Of a stretch of 64,000 nt of DNA, positions 26,753 to 36,200 are shown in pieces. The notes beneath the pieces are model-generated. The model was not told where the DNA came from. It made no database searches and saw only the letters and a program-made list of their open reading frames with translations. The position numbers and the translations under genes were made by a program. The stretch's first letter is position 1. Every line of letters starts with the position of its first letter. The DNA lies in assembly GCA_020632035.1 (NCBI GenBank), contig JACKGG010000004.1, positions 3,575 through 67,574 on the forward strand. The letters run 5' to 3'. Source of the stretch: Candidatus Nomurabacteria bacterium. GTDB lineage: Bacteria; Patescibacteriota; Minisyncoccia; Phycocordibacterales; UBA918.

Positions 26753-26849
26753 GTTTTTTCTCCTTTGGTGACGGCTTTGCCACAGACTTCTGATACTATA
26801 ACACATATCGTTGCTATTTGCAAGCTTATTGTAATATGAAAAATTATTA

Positions 26850-26859
26850 ATGATATAAT
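26850..26859 (+). promoter_or_regulatory. extended -10 promoter element (TGaTATAAT) placed so that transcription would start at or next to the ATG at 26866 (leaderless mRNA)
   Basis: The sequence ttattaaTGaTATAATccctgtATG has a consensus extended -10 ending 7 nt before the start codon, with no SD. Confidence 0.35.
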
Positions 26860-26865
26860 CCCTGT

Positions 26866-27135
26866 ATGAAACAAGAAGATTTTAAAAAAGCGCCAAAGTT
26901 ATTTTGTGAAAGTATTAGTGTAGCCTTTACTCCAGAGTATTTCGTCATGGGACTGACCTCAGGCAATCAAGGCACAATTTACTCACTTACACCGCAACAC
27001 ACCAAAAGACTTCAGCAGTACTTAGCACATCAGGTTGAAGAATTTGAAAGCAAGCACGGCAAAATAGAAGCCAATTGGGATCCAAATATAGTAAGCCCTG
27101 TCCAAAGAGCCAATCCTCCGACTGAGTTGAGTTAA
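26866..27135 (+). CDS. DUF3467-like small protein, hypothetical
   Basis: 89 aa. ISVAFTPEYFVMGLTSGNQ...TKRLQQYLAHQVEEFESKHGKI resembles the DUF3467 small-protein family. Confidence 0.45.
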   Translation: MKQEDFKKAPKLFCESISVAFTPEYFVMGLTSGNQGTIYSLTPQHTKRLQQYLAHQVEEFESKHGKIEANWDPNIVSPVQRANPPTELS

Positions 27136-27158
27136 AAAAATCGCCCTGTTGGGCGATA
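27133..27158 (-). terminator. hairpin terminator (ATCGCCC-TGTT-GGGCGAT) with an A-run on plus and a T-run on minus
   Basis: aaaaaaatcgccctgttgggcgat sits between the convergent 26866..27135 (+) gene and the 27180..27395 (-) ORF. Confidence 0.4.
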
Positions 27159-27179
27159 ATGCGGTCGGTCACTAAGTTA

Positions 27180-27395
27180 CTACCTAGATCTTCGACCGTA
27201 GACGACATCACGTCGTATAAAGTTCATTTTTGAGTACCTATTTATGATTCTTTTTTGGGCCTCTTCATATCGCTTATCACGTTCGTAGCTTGGACCTCTG
27301 CTTATTTTCATTATTGTTTCTGCAGTTTCACAATGAACTTGCGGATTCGTAATAAAAAACACAAGTGTTTCTCGTATAGGGCAATTGAATAACAT
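27180..27395 (-). CDS. small basic hypothetical protein (likely start at the internal MKISRG, about 27311)
   Basis: Downstream of ychF on the same strand. 43-71 aa, Arg/Lys-rich. Support is weak. Confidence 0.3.
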   Translation of the reverse strand: MLFNCPIRETLVFFITNPQVHCETAETIMKISRGPSYERDKRYEEAQKRIINRYSKMNFIRRDVVYGRRSR

Positions 27396-27475
27396 GTTAG
27401 CTACTCCTATGATATGAACACCTTCTTTCTTATATCAAATTATCTTGAAAAAAGAAATACTAATGGACCTAACTT

Positions 27476-28576
27476 TTACGAATGCATGAATTCAATCACG
27501 TCTCCGTCCTTTACTATATATTCCTTTCCTTCTGTTCTGAGCTTTCCTTCATCTCTGGCTTTGGCCTTTGAGCCAGCTTTTACCAAATCTTCAAAAGCTA
27601 CTACTTGAGCGCGGATATATTTTGTTTGAAAGTCTGAGTGAATAGCTGCGCCTGCTTCTGGGCCAGTACTTCCGATTGGAACTGTCCACGCGCGAGTCTC
27701 CTTTTCACCGGTAGTGAAGTAACTCATAAGTCCGAGTCTGTGATAACAAGCCCTAATTAATGTTTCTACCCCACTATCTTGTGCACCATATTCTCGACGA
27801 AACTCTGTTTTTTCCTCATCTCCTAGGTCTCTAAGTTCGTGCTCCATTCCAGCGTCAACTATTACGTATTCTGAATCAGTTTTTTCAAAGAAAGCTAGAA
27901 GTTCTTGCCATCGATCATCATTGTGTTCGTCAAGGTTAAAAGCATCTTGCTTTTTGTTGCAGACATAAAGGAATTGCTTCATGGTCAATAAGTGTAGTCC
28001 TTTTAGAATTTTTTTCTCCTCATCTGTTATACCTAGGCTGTTGGCGAGGTGCCCAGCTTGTAAGTGACTGGCCATCTTTTCAAGTAGTGCTTTCTCTGCA
28101 ACTGCTGCCTTATCGCCTCTTTTCACATCTCGCTCAAGGTTGCTGAGTCTTTTGCTAACCGTTTCTGCATCGGCCATTATTAGTTCTAGATTGATTGTCT
28201 CTATGTCTCCCATCGGATCAACAGAACCAGATACATGATGAATATCACTATCTTCAAAAATTCTTACCACTTCAGCAATCATGTCGGTTTCGCGGATGTT
28301 GGCAAGAAACTTATTGCCAAGACCTTCACCTGCTGATGCGCCTTTTACTAATCCAGCAATATCAACAAACTCAATGATTGCTGGCAGGATTTCTTCAGAG
28401 CCTGATATCTCAGACAAAGTAGCCAATCTGCTATCGGGTACAGCAACCACACCAACCGATGGGTCGATAGTGCAAAATGGGTAATTCTCCATTGGTACAG
28501 AGTTTTTTGTTAGCGCATTAAAAAGCGTCGATTTCCCGACATTTGGCAACCCAACAATTCCGACTGATAGTGACAT
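27476..28576 (-). CDS. ychF: ribosome-binding ATPase YchF (Obg-family GTPase)
   Basis: G1 motif VGIVGLPNVGKSTLFNALT. A C-terminal TGS domain (IHSDFQTKYIRAQVVAFED). 366 aa. Confidence 0.9.
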   Translation of the reverse strand: MSLSVGIVGLPNVGKSTLFNALTKNSVPMENYPFCTIDPSVGVVAVPDSRLATLSEISGSEEILPAIIEFVDIAGLVKGASAGEGLGNKFLANIRETDMIAEVVRIFEDSDIHHVSGSVDPMGDIETINLELIMADAETVSKRLSNLERDVKRGDKAAVAEKALLEKMASHLQAGHLANSLGITDEEKKILKGLHLLTMKQFLYVCNKKQDAFNLDEHNDDRWQELLAFFEKTDSEYVIVDAGMEHELRDLGDEEKTEFRREYGAQDSGVETLIRACYHRLGLMSYFTTGEKETRAWTVPIGSTGPEAGAAIHSDFQTKYIRAQVVAFEDLVKAGSKAKARDEGKLRTEGKEYIVKDGDVIEFMHS

Positions 28577-28645
28577 AATGTGGTTAGAGTACCAGATGTT
28601 TTAATAATGTAAATCAAAACCCTTGTGAACCAGTGGTAAAAGCAG

Positions 28646-28674
28646 TCTGTCCCGAGGTCGGACCTCGGGACAGA
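28646..28674 (-). terminator. 11-bp-stem hairpin (CTGTCCCGAGG-TCGGA-CCTCGGGACAG) between the sppA stop and the ychF start
   Basis: Perfect inverted repeat. Followed on the minus strand by ctgctttta (weak U-tract). Could also act as an attenuator for ychF. Confidence 0.35.
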
Positions 28675-28710
28675 TGAGGTTATATTTGTTGGGAGAATTA
28701 AGTGGGAGTA

Positions 28711-29550
28711 TTAGAAAGGTAACAGACTACTCTCGTACTCGCAGAAAATCACATCTTCTACATTCATGTTAAGGATGTTAGATAGTTCTACTTGGACCTC
28801 TCTTCTGCCGCCAAGTTTATCAACCAGATTATTATCCAAAGCTCTAGTGCCCGGCATAGAAGAACCATCTGCCAGCGCTACAACCTTGTCTCTTTCTAAG
28901 CCACGATAGTCTGATACTAAGTCAATAAAATAATTATGAACGATATCTAAATCTGCTTGAAGTAGTTCCCTTTCTTCATCAGTTATTGGTCGGTTAGGAC
29001 TACCGGTATCTTTAAACTTTCCAGCAGTAAGCTGTACGTAAGTTAGACCCTCTTCTTCATTTTTGCCTGATTCTTCTACGTACGACATATTTACGCCAAT
29101 ACTACCAACATCAGACATTGGCGAAGCAACGAGGTAATCTGTCGCAGCGGCAATCATGTAGGCTCCAGAGGCTCCTTGGTCCCCAATAAGTCCGACTACG
29201 GGCAAGCTTGAAGAACGGAAACGCTCGGCTATACGCTCTGACGCTACTGGCGTGCCACCCGGTGAGTTTATTTCCAGCAAAACACCCTTGACTGCTTCGT
29301 CTTCTTCAACCGAGTCCATGAATGACTCCACTGTGTCGGGAGTAGTGATCAGTTCGAAGTCTCCGATCCCGTGGTAAGGAAGTATCGTCCCTTCAACTGG
29401 AAAGACGGCTACGTTGCAAGTCCCGTCGCTAATACCAGTTTCGGCATCGTACAAAGCTGAAATAGAAATAAATATAAAAACGATAGTAAGGACTACGACT
29501 ATTGAGCGCATTATGGCTCCGGCTGTTTCTCGTAAGAATGATTTTTGCAT
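28711..29550 (-). CDS. sppA: signal peptide peptidase SppA (S49 family), membrane-anchored
   Basis: N-terminal TM helix. The S49 blocks LLEINSPGGTPVASE and GDQGASGAYMIAAATD are present. Confidence 0.8.
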   Translation of the reverse strand: MQKSFLRETAGAIMRSIVVVLTIVFIFISISALYDAETGISDGTCNVAVFPVEGTILPYHGIGDFELITTPDTVESFMDSVEEDEAVKGVLLEINSPGGTPVASERIAERFRSSSLPVVGLIGDQGASGAYMIAAATDYLVASPMSDVGSIGVNMSYVEESGKNEEEGLTYVQLTAGKFKDTGSPNRPITDEERELLQADLDIVHNYFIDLVSDYRGLERDKVVALADGSSMPGTRALDNNLVDKLGGRREVQVELSNILNMNVEDVIFCEYESSLLPF

Positions 29551-29617
29551 TCATGAATAATAACACGGCGAATTTTGATATAGAAAAAGACGCACTACTT
29601 ACATGAAGTAGTGCGTC

Positions 29618-29884
29618 TTATTTGACAACCACCCTAGGTTCATCACATTTCGAATTATATTCGAAACTATCATTAATGAAACCAGAGGAAGTAGTTTTCG
29701 ATCTTGCTTTAGCTTTTATCTCCACCTTGGAGCCAGCTGAACAATTGATAGGCATTTGCCTAGTTAAGTTCATCTGAGCTTTAGCAATCGACTGAGCAAC
29801 ACCAGGAATGTCACTGCTGACATGCCAATCAGTGTAGCTGCAGCCAGCCAAGAGTATCGTAGAGAGTACGACTACTTGGAACAC
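29618..29884 (-). CDS. small lipoprotein, hypothetical
   Basis: Lipobox LLAGC at the end of the signal peptide (MFQVVVLSTILLAGCS). 88 aa. Confidence 0.5.
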   Translation of the reverse strand: MFQVVVLSTILLAGCSYTDWHVSSDIPGVAQSIAKAQMNLTRQMPINCSAGSKVEIKAKARSKTTSSGFINDSFEYNSKCDEPRVVVK

Positions 29885-30186
29885 TTGTGTACCTTTGCGG
29901 CACTAGCATTGTAGTCGTAAGTTACGTTACCGTTTTTATCACGCAGTTCTGCAGAACTGGTGATTGTTGGGTCCTGTACAGTTGCCGGTGTGCCGTTGGT
30001 TGAACCACAACCGTTGATATCCATGGCAGAGCCAAGGATAGTTGAAGCGGCCGGTCCAAACTGAGCACCGCGTGAAGTTGCAGAAGCCAACGTTGGAGCA
30101 TCAGCTCTTTCGTCGATTCCTGCAGACATCATGCAACCCTGGAGTGAAGCCAAGCAAGTAACAACTAGCATTATTTTAATGTTCAT
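29872..30186 (-). CDS. small lipoprotein, hypothetical (Gly/Ala/Ser/Thr-rich)
   Basis: Signal peptide with lipobox LQGC (MLVVTCLASLQGCMM). 104 aa. The ATG is preceded by GGAGGG. Confidence 0.5.
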   Translation of the reverse strand: MNIKIMLVVTCLASLQGCMMSAGIDERADAPTLASATSRGAQFGPAASTILGSAMDINGCGSTNGTPATVQDPTITSSAELRDKNGNVTYDYNASAAKVHKCSK

Positions 30187-30305
30187 TTCAATGCCCTCCG
30201 GGGCTATGAATTCGAGAGAGCGAATGCCCTCCTCACCAACTTATATTATACACAAAACTAGTAAAAAGTCAAGCTGGCAGGTTACTTTAGTAGCTTTAAA
30301 TAGCT

Positions 30306-30887
30306 TTATCTTGCTGCTTTACCGAGAGCTTGTACTTCTTTCATCCATTTTGCTCGGACTGAATCGTCTACCCTTTCGCAGGGACCGAAGCTAGATACTT
30401 GAGTTTTAAGGCCAGCGAATTCGAGAATTCCGTACTGGATTTCGTTGGTGTAGTCACCAAATTGCCACCAGGTTTTGAATGGACTATGGGAGCCTGACAA
30501 GATAAACACTCTAGCGGTCTTCCCTTTTAAGTGTTTCTCAATTTTTTTAGTCTGCTTATTGAAGTTGAAAGCAAAACCAGGAAGCCAGATTCGGTCGAAA
30601 AGACCTTTAAGTAAAGCAGGCATGGTACACCACCAGTTTGGGTAGCCAATAACTAAGTGATCACATTCGGTAACTGCTTGTTGGAAAGTTATTAGGTCAG
30701 GTTCTAGTTGTTGAATTTCTTTGTACCCCTTGTGTAGTATCGGGTCAAAGTTCATTTCGCCTAGGTTAAAGCGACGCACTTCATGTCCAGCATCTTCGGC
30801 AGCTGTTTGGTATTGGTCAAGTACTCCTCCAGTAAATGAGTCTGCATCTGGGTGACCACAAAGGATGACAATTTTTTTAGTATTCAT
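30306..30887 (-). CDS. flavodoxin-like-fold NAD(P)H-dependent oxidoreductase (Flavodoxin_2 / NAD(P)H:quinone oxidoreductase family)
   Basis: KIVILCGHPDADSFTGGVLDQYQTAAEDAGHEVRRFNL matches the N-terminal FMN-binding block of the MdaB/KefF/NQO-type flavodoxin-like proteins. Confidence 0.65.
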   Translation of the reverse strand: MNTKKIVILCGHPDADSFTGGVLDQYQTAAEDAGHEVRRFNLGEMNFDPILHKGYKEIQQLEPDLITFQQAVTECDHLVIGYPNWWCTMPALLKGLFDRIWLPGFAFNFNKQTKKIEKHLKGKTARVFILSGSHSPFKTWWQFGDYTNEIQYGILEFAGLKTQVSSFGPCERVDDSVRAKWMKEVQALGKAAR

Positions 30888-30906
30888 ATAAGACTATTGT
30901 ATAGGA

Positions 30907-30935
30907 AACAGGCGCGCCCTACGGGCGCGCCTGTT
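30907..30935 (-). terminator. 13-bp GC-rich perfect hairpin (AACAGGCGCGCCC-TAC-GGGCGCGCCTGTT) immediately after the stop of the 30941..31186 gene
   Basis: A perfect inverted repeat in an AT-rich intergenic region. The right arm is part of a 16-bp direct repeat (see findings). Confidence 0.45.
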
Positions 30936-30940
30936 GATAC

Positions 30941-31186
30941 TTAGATTCTCTTCTGAGAGAAAACCCCCTTTCCTTTAAGAATGAAAACTGTAAATAATAT
31001 TGCGATAGTTAACGGGATCATTGTTGAGGCTACTAGCGGAAACACCACAAGAGGAAACATTATCATAAATACAGCTTCACCTATGTAGCCATCCAGTTGG
31101 GCTACTAACTGAAACCCAATAAACAGTATCCAAATCGTAGTTGGAACCCAAGTTAGTATAAGTAAATATTTTTGCAATTTCGTCAT
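30941..31186 (-). CDS. small integral membrane protein (two TM helices), hypothetical
   Basis: 81 aa: MTKLQKYLLILTWVPTTIWILFIGFQLV...MIMFPLVVFPLVASTMIPLTIAILFTVFIL. Confidence 0.45.
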   Translation of the reverse strand: MTKLQKYLLILTWVPTTIWILFIGFQLVAQLDGYIGEAVFMIMFPLVVFPLVASTMIPLTIAILFTVFILKGKGVFSQKRI

Positions 31187-31249
31187 GTTTATTCATAGTA
31201 TAACGTATATTAATATGACGAAGGCGCGCCTGTTGATATAGTAAGAAGA

Positions 31250-31672
31250 TTATCTTCGAATAGAACCATTTGGATTAAACTGTCCTTGCGCTCCCATTTG
31301 CATCTTCATCAGCTTTTCTTTCATTTCAGGACTCATGACAGCCATGATTTCCTTTTGGTACTTAGGCAGTACCTTAGTGGCTGCTGCCATTTGGTTGTTG
31401 CCGTTGCTTTTAAGTTCAGCTTGCATTTCCTTTGCTATCTTTTCAAACAAGGCTGGGTCTTTGTCCAGCATCTCCATAATCATCTGCTGTTGATCCTCTG
31501 GCACATTCTTCATTTGCGATTGAAGTACTTTCTTCATCGCGAAATTTTTCATTTTTCCAAACATATGCGCAAGATTGTACCATACTGTGCGTAAGATGTT
31601 TAAGTTGGAGAAAAACCTTTTATCTATGGACAAATTAGTATTTTTATGGTAGATTGCGCGGATTAAAAACAA
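31250..31672 (-). CDS. methionine/lysine/glutamine-rich hypothetical protein (likely start at internal MFGKMK/MKNF, about 31552-31564)
   Basis: Low-complexity Met-rich sequence (…QQQMIMEMLDK…EIMAVMSPEMKEKLMKMQMGAQGQ). Divergent from the RND operon. Confidence 0.35.
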   Translation of the reverse strand: MFLIRAIYHKNTNLSIDKRFFSNLNILRTVWYNLAHMFGKMKNFAMKKVLQSQMKNVPEDQQQMIMEMLDKDPALFEKIAKEMQAELKSNGNNQMAAATKVLPKYQKEIMAVMSPEMKEKLMKMQMGAQGQFNPNGSIRR

Positions 31673-31681
31673 ATTGAATTT

Positions 31682-33220
31682 ATGAATATTAACGAAAGAA
31701 TTAAGTTAAAATTAGAGCAGAAGTCAGTCCAAGGAGGAATCGTTGTAGTTTTAGTTATTATTGGTGTTATTTTTTATACAAGTAATTCAACTCCTGCAAC
31801 CCTAGAAGACAATTTTAAGAAGACAGTGGTCAAAGTGACTACTCCAAAAGACTATGTTGGCGAGCAGTCTCTCTCATTCATAGGAAATGTACGTGCCTTT
31901 ACTGAAGCAGAAATCACCCCAGAGCGCGCTGGTCGCGTAACAGCGGTTAATGTCTCGCTAGGTCAACAAGTATCGGCTGGAACCATTTTGGCTTCTTTAG
32001 AAAACGCCTCTGAAAGAGCTTCTGTCTTACAAGCTGAAGGTTCGTACGATGCAGCTGTTGCAAACGCAGCTCAAAGTAACGTGAGTGTAGATCAAGCAAA
32101 AAATGCTCTTACTACTAGTCAAAATTCCATTGTTTCTACACTAAGATCTGCTTATAACACAACAAATGGAACCATTGTAAATTCAATCGATACTTTTTTT
32201 AGTAATCCTAACGGTCAAGTGCCAGGTCTTAAGATTAGTGGACGAGGATACACGTCTCAACTTAATTCTGAAAGAATCGAATTTCAAACTATTCTTCCGG
32301 CTTGGCAAACTAGAGTAAATACAGTTTCAATTGTCTCAGATTTAAACGCAGAGTTAGACTACGCCAGTTTAAATGTTCAAAAAACAATTGATGTTATTGA
32401 TATTTTTATTGCTATTTTTAACCAGCAAGATAGCTCTAGTAGTTATACAGACTCCGAGCTGGTAAGTTTTAGTGAGACTTTTACAGGTTTACGCTCTACT
32501 TTGATTGGAGTTCAATCAAGTATTGACGCTAGTAAGACTAGTCTATCTTCAGCTCTTGATGCACTTAAGAAAGCTGAATTAGCTTCAGAAGGTGGTGTGG
32601 CTTCACTGTCTGACGCACAAGTAAAACAAGCGCTTGGTTCCCTAAGAGCAGCTCAAGCTAACTTAGAGAAAACAATTCTCCGAACTCCGATTAGTGGAAC
32701 AGTCAACTCACTTTCGATTCGGACTGGCGATTTTATAAGTGCCTTCACTCCCGTCGGAATCGTTGCTAATAATAGTGCTTTTGAAATCGTCACTTACATT
32801 AGTGATTCAGAAGTAGATTTGCTTAATGAAGGTGATATTGTTTTGATCGAAGGTCAAATCGAGGGTGTGGTAACAAAAATCGCTCCAGCAGTGGATACTG
32901 TCACTAAAAAAACTGAAGTTCGTATTGCCACTGAAAGCAAAGATATAGTGAATGGTGACACGGTCAGGATCACCAAGGAGATAGCGCCCGACAACGTTTC
33001 AGATTCTAGTATAGAAATCCCATTAACTGCTGTTAAGTTCGAACGAGAGAATGGTTCTATATTTGTAATAGAAAATAATTTGCTTGTTGCAAAATCTGTG
33101 GTACTAGGTGCAATTCAAGGAGGTGCCGTTAAAGTTCTGGAGGGCATAACAGCCAATGAAGAGTTTGTTATTGACGCTAGAGGCTTAGTAGTCGGAGAAG
33201 AGGTAGAAGTACAAAATTAA
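31682..33220 (+). CDS. RND efflux periplasmic adaptor / membrane fusion protein (HlyD family) with a long coiled-coil hairpin
   Basis: N-terminal TM anchor and an extended Ala/Ser/Gln-rich helical region. The beta-barrel block LEKTILRTPISGTVNSLSIRTGDFI is present. Immediately followed (2-nt gap) by the RND permease. Confidence 0.8.
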   Translation: MNINERIKLKLEQKSVQGGIVVVLVIIGVIFYTSNSTPATLEDNFKKTVVKVTTPKDYVGEQSLSFIGNVRAFTEAEITPERAGRVTAVNVSLGQQVSAGTILASLENASERASVLQAEGSYDAAVANAAQSNVSVDQAKNALTTSQNSIVSTLRSAYNTTNGTIVNSIDTFFSNPNGQVPGLKISGRGYTSQLNSERIEFQTILPAWQTRVNTVSIVSDLNAELDYASLNVQKTIDVIDIFIAIFNQQDSSSSYTDSELVSFSETFTGLRSTLIGVQSSIDASKTSLSSALDALKKAELASEGGVASLSDAQVKQALGSLRAAQANLEKTILRTPISGTVNSLSIRTGDFISAFTPVGIVANNSAFEIVTYISDSEVDLLNEGDIVLIEGQIEGVVTKIAPAVDTVTKKTEVRIATESKDIVNGDTVRITKEIAPDNVSDSSIEIPLTAVKFERENGSIFVIENNLLVAKSVVLGAIQGGAVKVLEGITANEEFVIDARGLVVGEEVEVQN

Positions 33221-33221
33221 T

Positions 33222-36200
33222 ATGTGGGAATTTTTTATTAAAAATAGCAAGTTTGCTTACTTGTTTCTGATTGCACTGATTTGTACTGGTACCTACAGCT
33301 TAGTGTCCATCCCTAAGGAGTCAGCTCCTGAAGTGGTTATACCAGTTGGAGTTGTTTCAGTTGCACTACCAGGTGCTCCGGCAGCTGATGTTGAATCACT
33401 AATTACAAATGAGATAGAGCGAGGTCTAGCCAGCTTAGAGAACGTCAAACAAATTACCTCTACTTCCCGTGAAAGCTTTTCTAGTATCGTAATTGAGTTT
33501 GATGCAAACGCTGATTTGAATGAATCAATTCTAGATCTAAAAGATCAAGTAGACAAAATCAAACCTAATTTGCCAGATGATGCAGAAGATCCTGTCGTAT
33601 CAGAGGTGAACTTTGTCGATCAACCGATCATGACCATCGCTATGTCTGGTGATTTACCTGATTTTACCCTGACCGAGCTATCGAGTGACGTAGAAAAGAA
33701 AATTGAGTCTGTTACTGGGGTATCGAGAGTAGAGATAAGTGGAGTAAGAGATCGCGAAGTAACAATTATTCTTGACCAGCAATCTCTACAAAGATTTCAG
33801 ATTTCTATTAATGAAGTGACGAATGCAATCAGAAATGCCAACCTGACCTTTCCTATTGGCCAAATAGTAAACGATGGTGTTGCTTACAATGTGGCCTTTG
33901 AAGGCGATATAACTGACAGTTCGCAAATCAGGAACATTGCTGTTGTTAGTCGTGGTGGTCAACCAGTCTACATAGGAGACATTGCAACTATTGAAGATGG
34001 CTTAGCCCCTGCTAGTTCACTTTCAAGATTGAGTGTTGGTGGTGAACCGTCGCTGAACTCTGTTTCATTCAATGTGTACAAACAATCAGGTGGAGATATA
34101 ACAACTATTACGGCCGCTGTTAACAGCTTGATGGAAGAACTAAAGAAGCCTGATCAAATTTTATCAGGAATAACCACCGTAACAATCCTTGACGCTGGCG
34201 CTGATATAAAACGAGATTTGATCAGACTTTCTTCCTCAGGACTACAAACAGTTGTGTTGGTTGTTGTGCTCTTAATCTTTTCTATTGGCTGGCGCGAAGC
34301 GTTGCTAGCTGGTACAGCTATCCCGCTCTCATTTTTGTTTGGATTCATTGGGCTATACCTTTCTGGTAACACTATAAACTTCCTTAGTCTTTTTTCACTA
34401 ATTCTTGGAATTGGTATTTTGGTCGATTCTGCAATTGTAATGATTGAGGGTATTAACAGAAAAATGAAAGACAACCCAGAAATTAACAAACGAGACGCTG
34501 CTATTTTCACAATTAGAGAATTCTCAACACCGCTTATCTCAGGCACACTTACGACTGTAGCTATGTTTGTTGGCCTCTTTATTGTCTCTGGAGTAACCGG
34601 GCAGTTTATTGCAAGTATTCCTTTCACGCTGATCTTCCTCTTGTTCGCTTCTTTATTTGTCTCTTTAGCTATATTGCCACTAATCGCTTCGACTTTTCTA
34701 CATCGAAAAAATGCTACTCAATTTGAAGCTAGACAAATTGCTTACGCTCACAAATTAGAAAGTTTGTATCGTAACAAACTAGAAAATTATGTTGGTAACA
34801 AAGAAAAGGAAAATAAGTTCCTATCTTTAATTTTCTCATTACTAGTATTTTCTATTTTCTTGCCAGTAAATGTATATGCTGGAATCATTGCAAGTCCGCT
34901 CACCTATTTTGTGTCTCTGAAGTCGTACTCAATCCAAAGTAAACGTGGCTGGAGTGATCTGAAACGTAAGCTTGCCTGGCTACCAATGACAATAGCTACA
35001 ATAGTAATTTCAGTTGTTCTGGCTGGAGCGATTTTACCATCACTCAGTTTAGTTAAGGTCATATTCTTTGATCAAAGTGACATCGACTACATTATTGTAG
35101 AGGTCGAAAAACCAGAAGGTACTGTAAAAAACGTGACTGATATAGCAGTACGTAGGGTTGAAGAGGTTTTGTATGGTGAACTAGATATAGATTCGTTTTC
35201 AACAACTGTTGGAAGTGGTAATCAGTTTGGTTCTGGAGGCACCGGAGAGAAACTTGCCAACATCTTTGTCAACCTAGACAAGAAGCGAGATCGTACCAGT
35301 ACAGAGATCGTCGATGATCTACGAAAGAAAATGGACCAACTTAACGACCTGAAAATAACTGTGAACCAACCAAGTGATGGTCCACCTACAGGAGCTGCCA
35401 TTATCGTAAAATTCTTGGGTGAAGATTTAACTGAAATAACTAATTTAGCAAACGAGTCTGCCCAGATATTCAAATCCTTGCCAAACACAGTAAACGTTGA
35501 AACTAGTACTAATAATAACAGTACTGAGTTTGTAATGGAGCTAGATAGGGACAAAACGGCCGCCCTAGGCCTCAGTCCTTTTGCGGTATCCCAAGTGGCT
35601 AGAACTGCTTTGTATGGGACTAAGGCAACTTCTCTAACCACATTGGACCAAGACATTGATGTGGTCGTAAAATTGAATCTAGACAGCCGCGAGGGAGCAA
35701 CTAGCGCTACGACAAATATCACAACAATTAATGCGCTTAGTGAAATTTTAATTCCGACAGTATCTGGAAATATCCCTCTCTCAAGTTTGGTGACTATTTC
35801 ACTACGTGAGTCTAGTTCAATGATTTCTCATGAAGATGGTAAGCGAGTAGTATCCGTGACTGCCGATATTGGCGAAGGTGGTAATGCACGTGAAATCCAA
35901 GCTGAAGGTATTTCTAGAATTGAAGCTGAACTTGATATCCCAGATGGTGTGATTATTAGTACCGGTGGAGGTGAAACCGATGACTCAAACAAGGCTTTCA
36001 TGGAAATGTTCCTCGCTCTCATTGTTGGTATTGGGTTAATGGTAGCAATTTTGACCCTACAGTTTAATTCATACCTACACATGCGTTATGTGCTATCTAT
36101 CCTTCCTTACTCTTTGATTGGAATCATGTTTGGGTTGGCAATAACGCAAAATACCCTCTCCTTCCCTTCAATGATGGGATTCATAGCTCTGTCTGGAATT

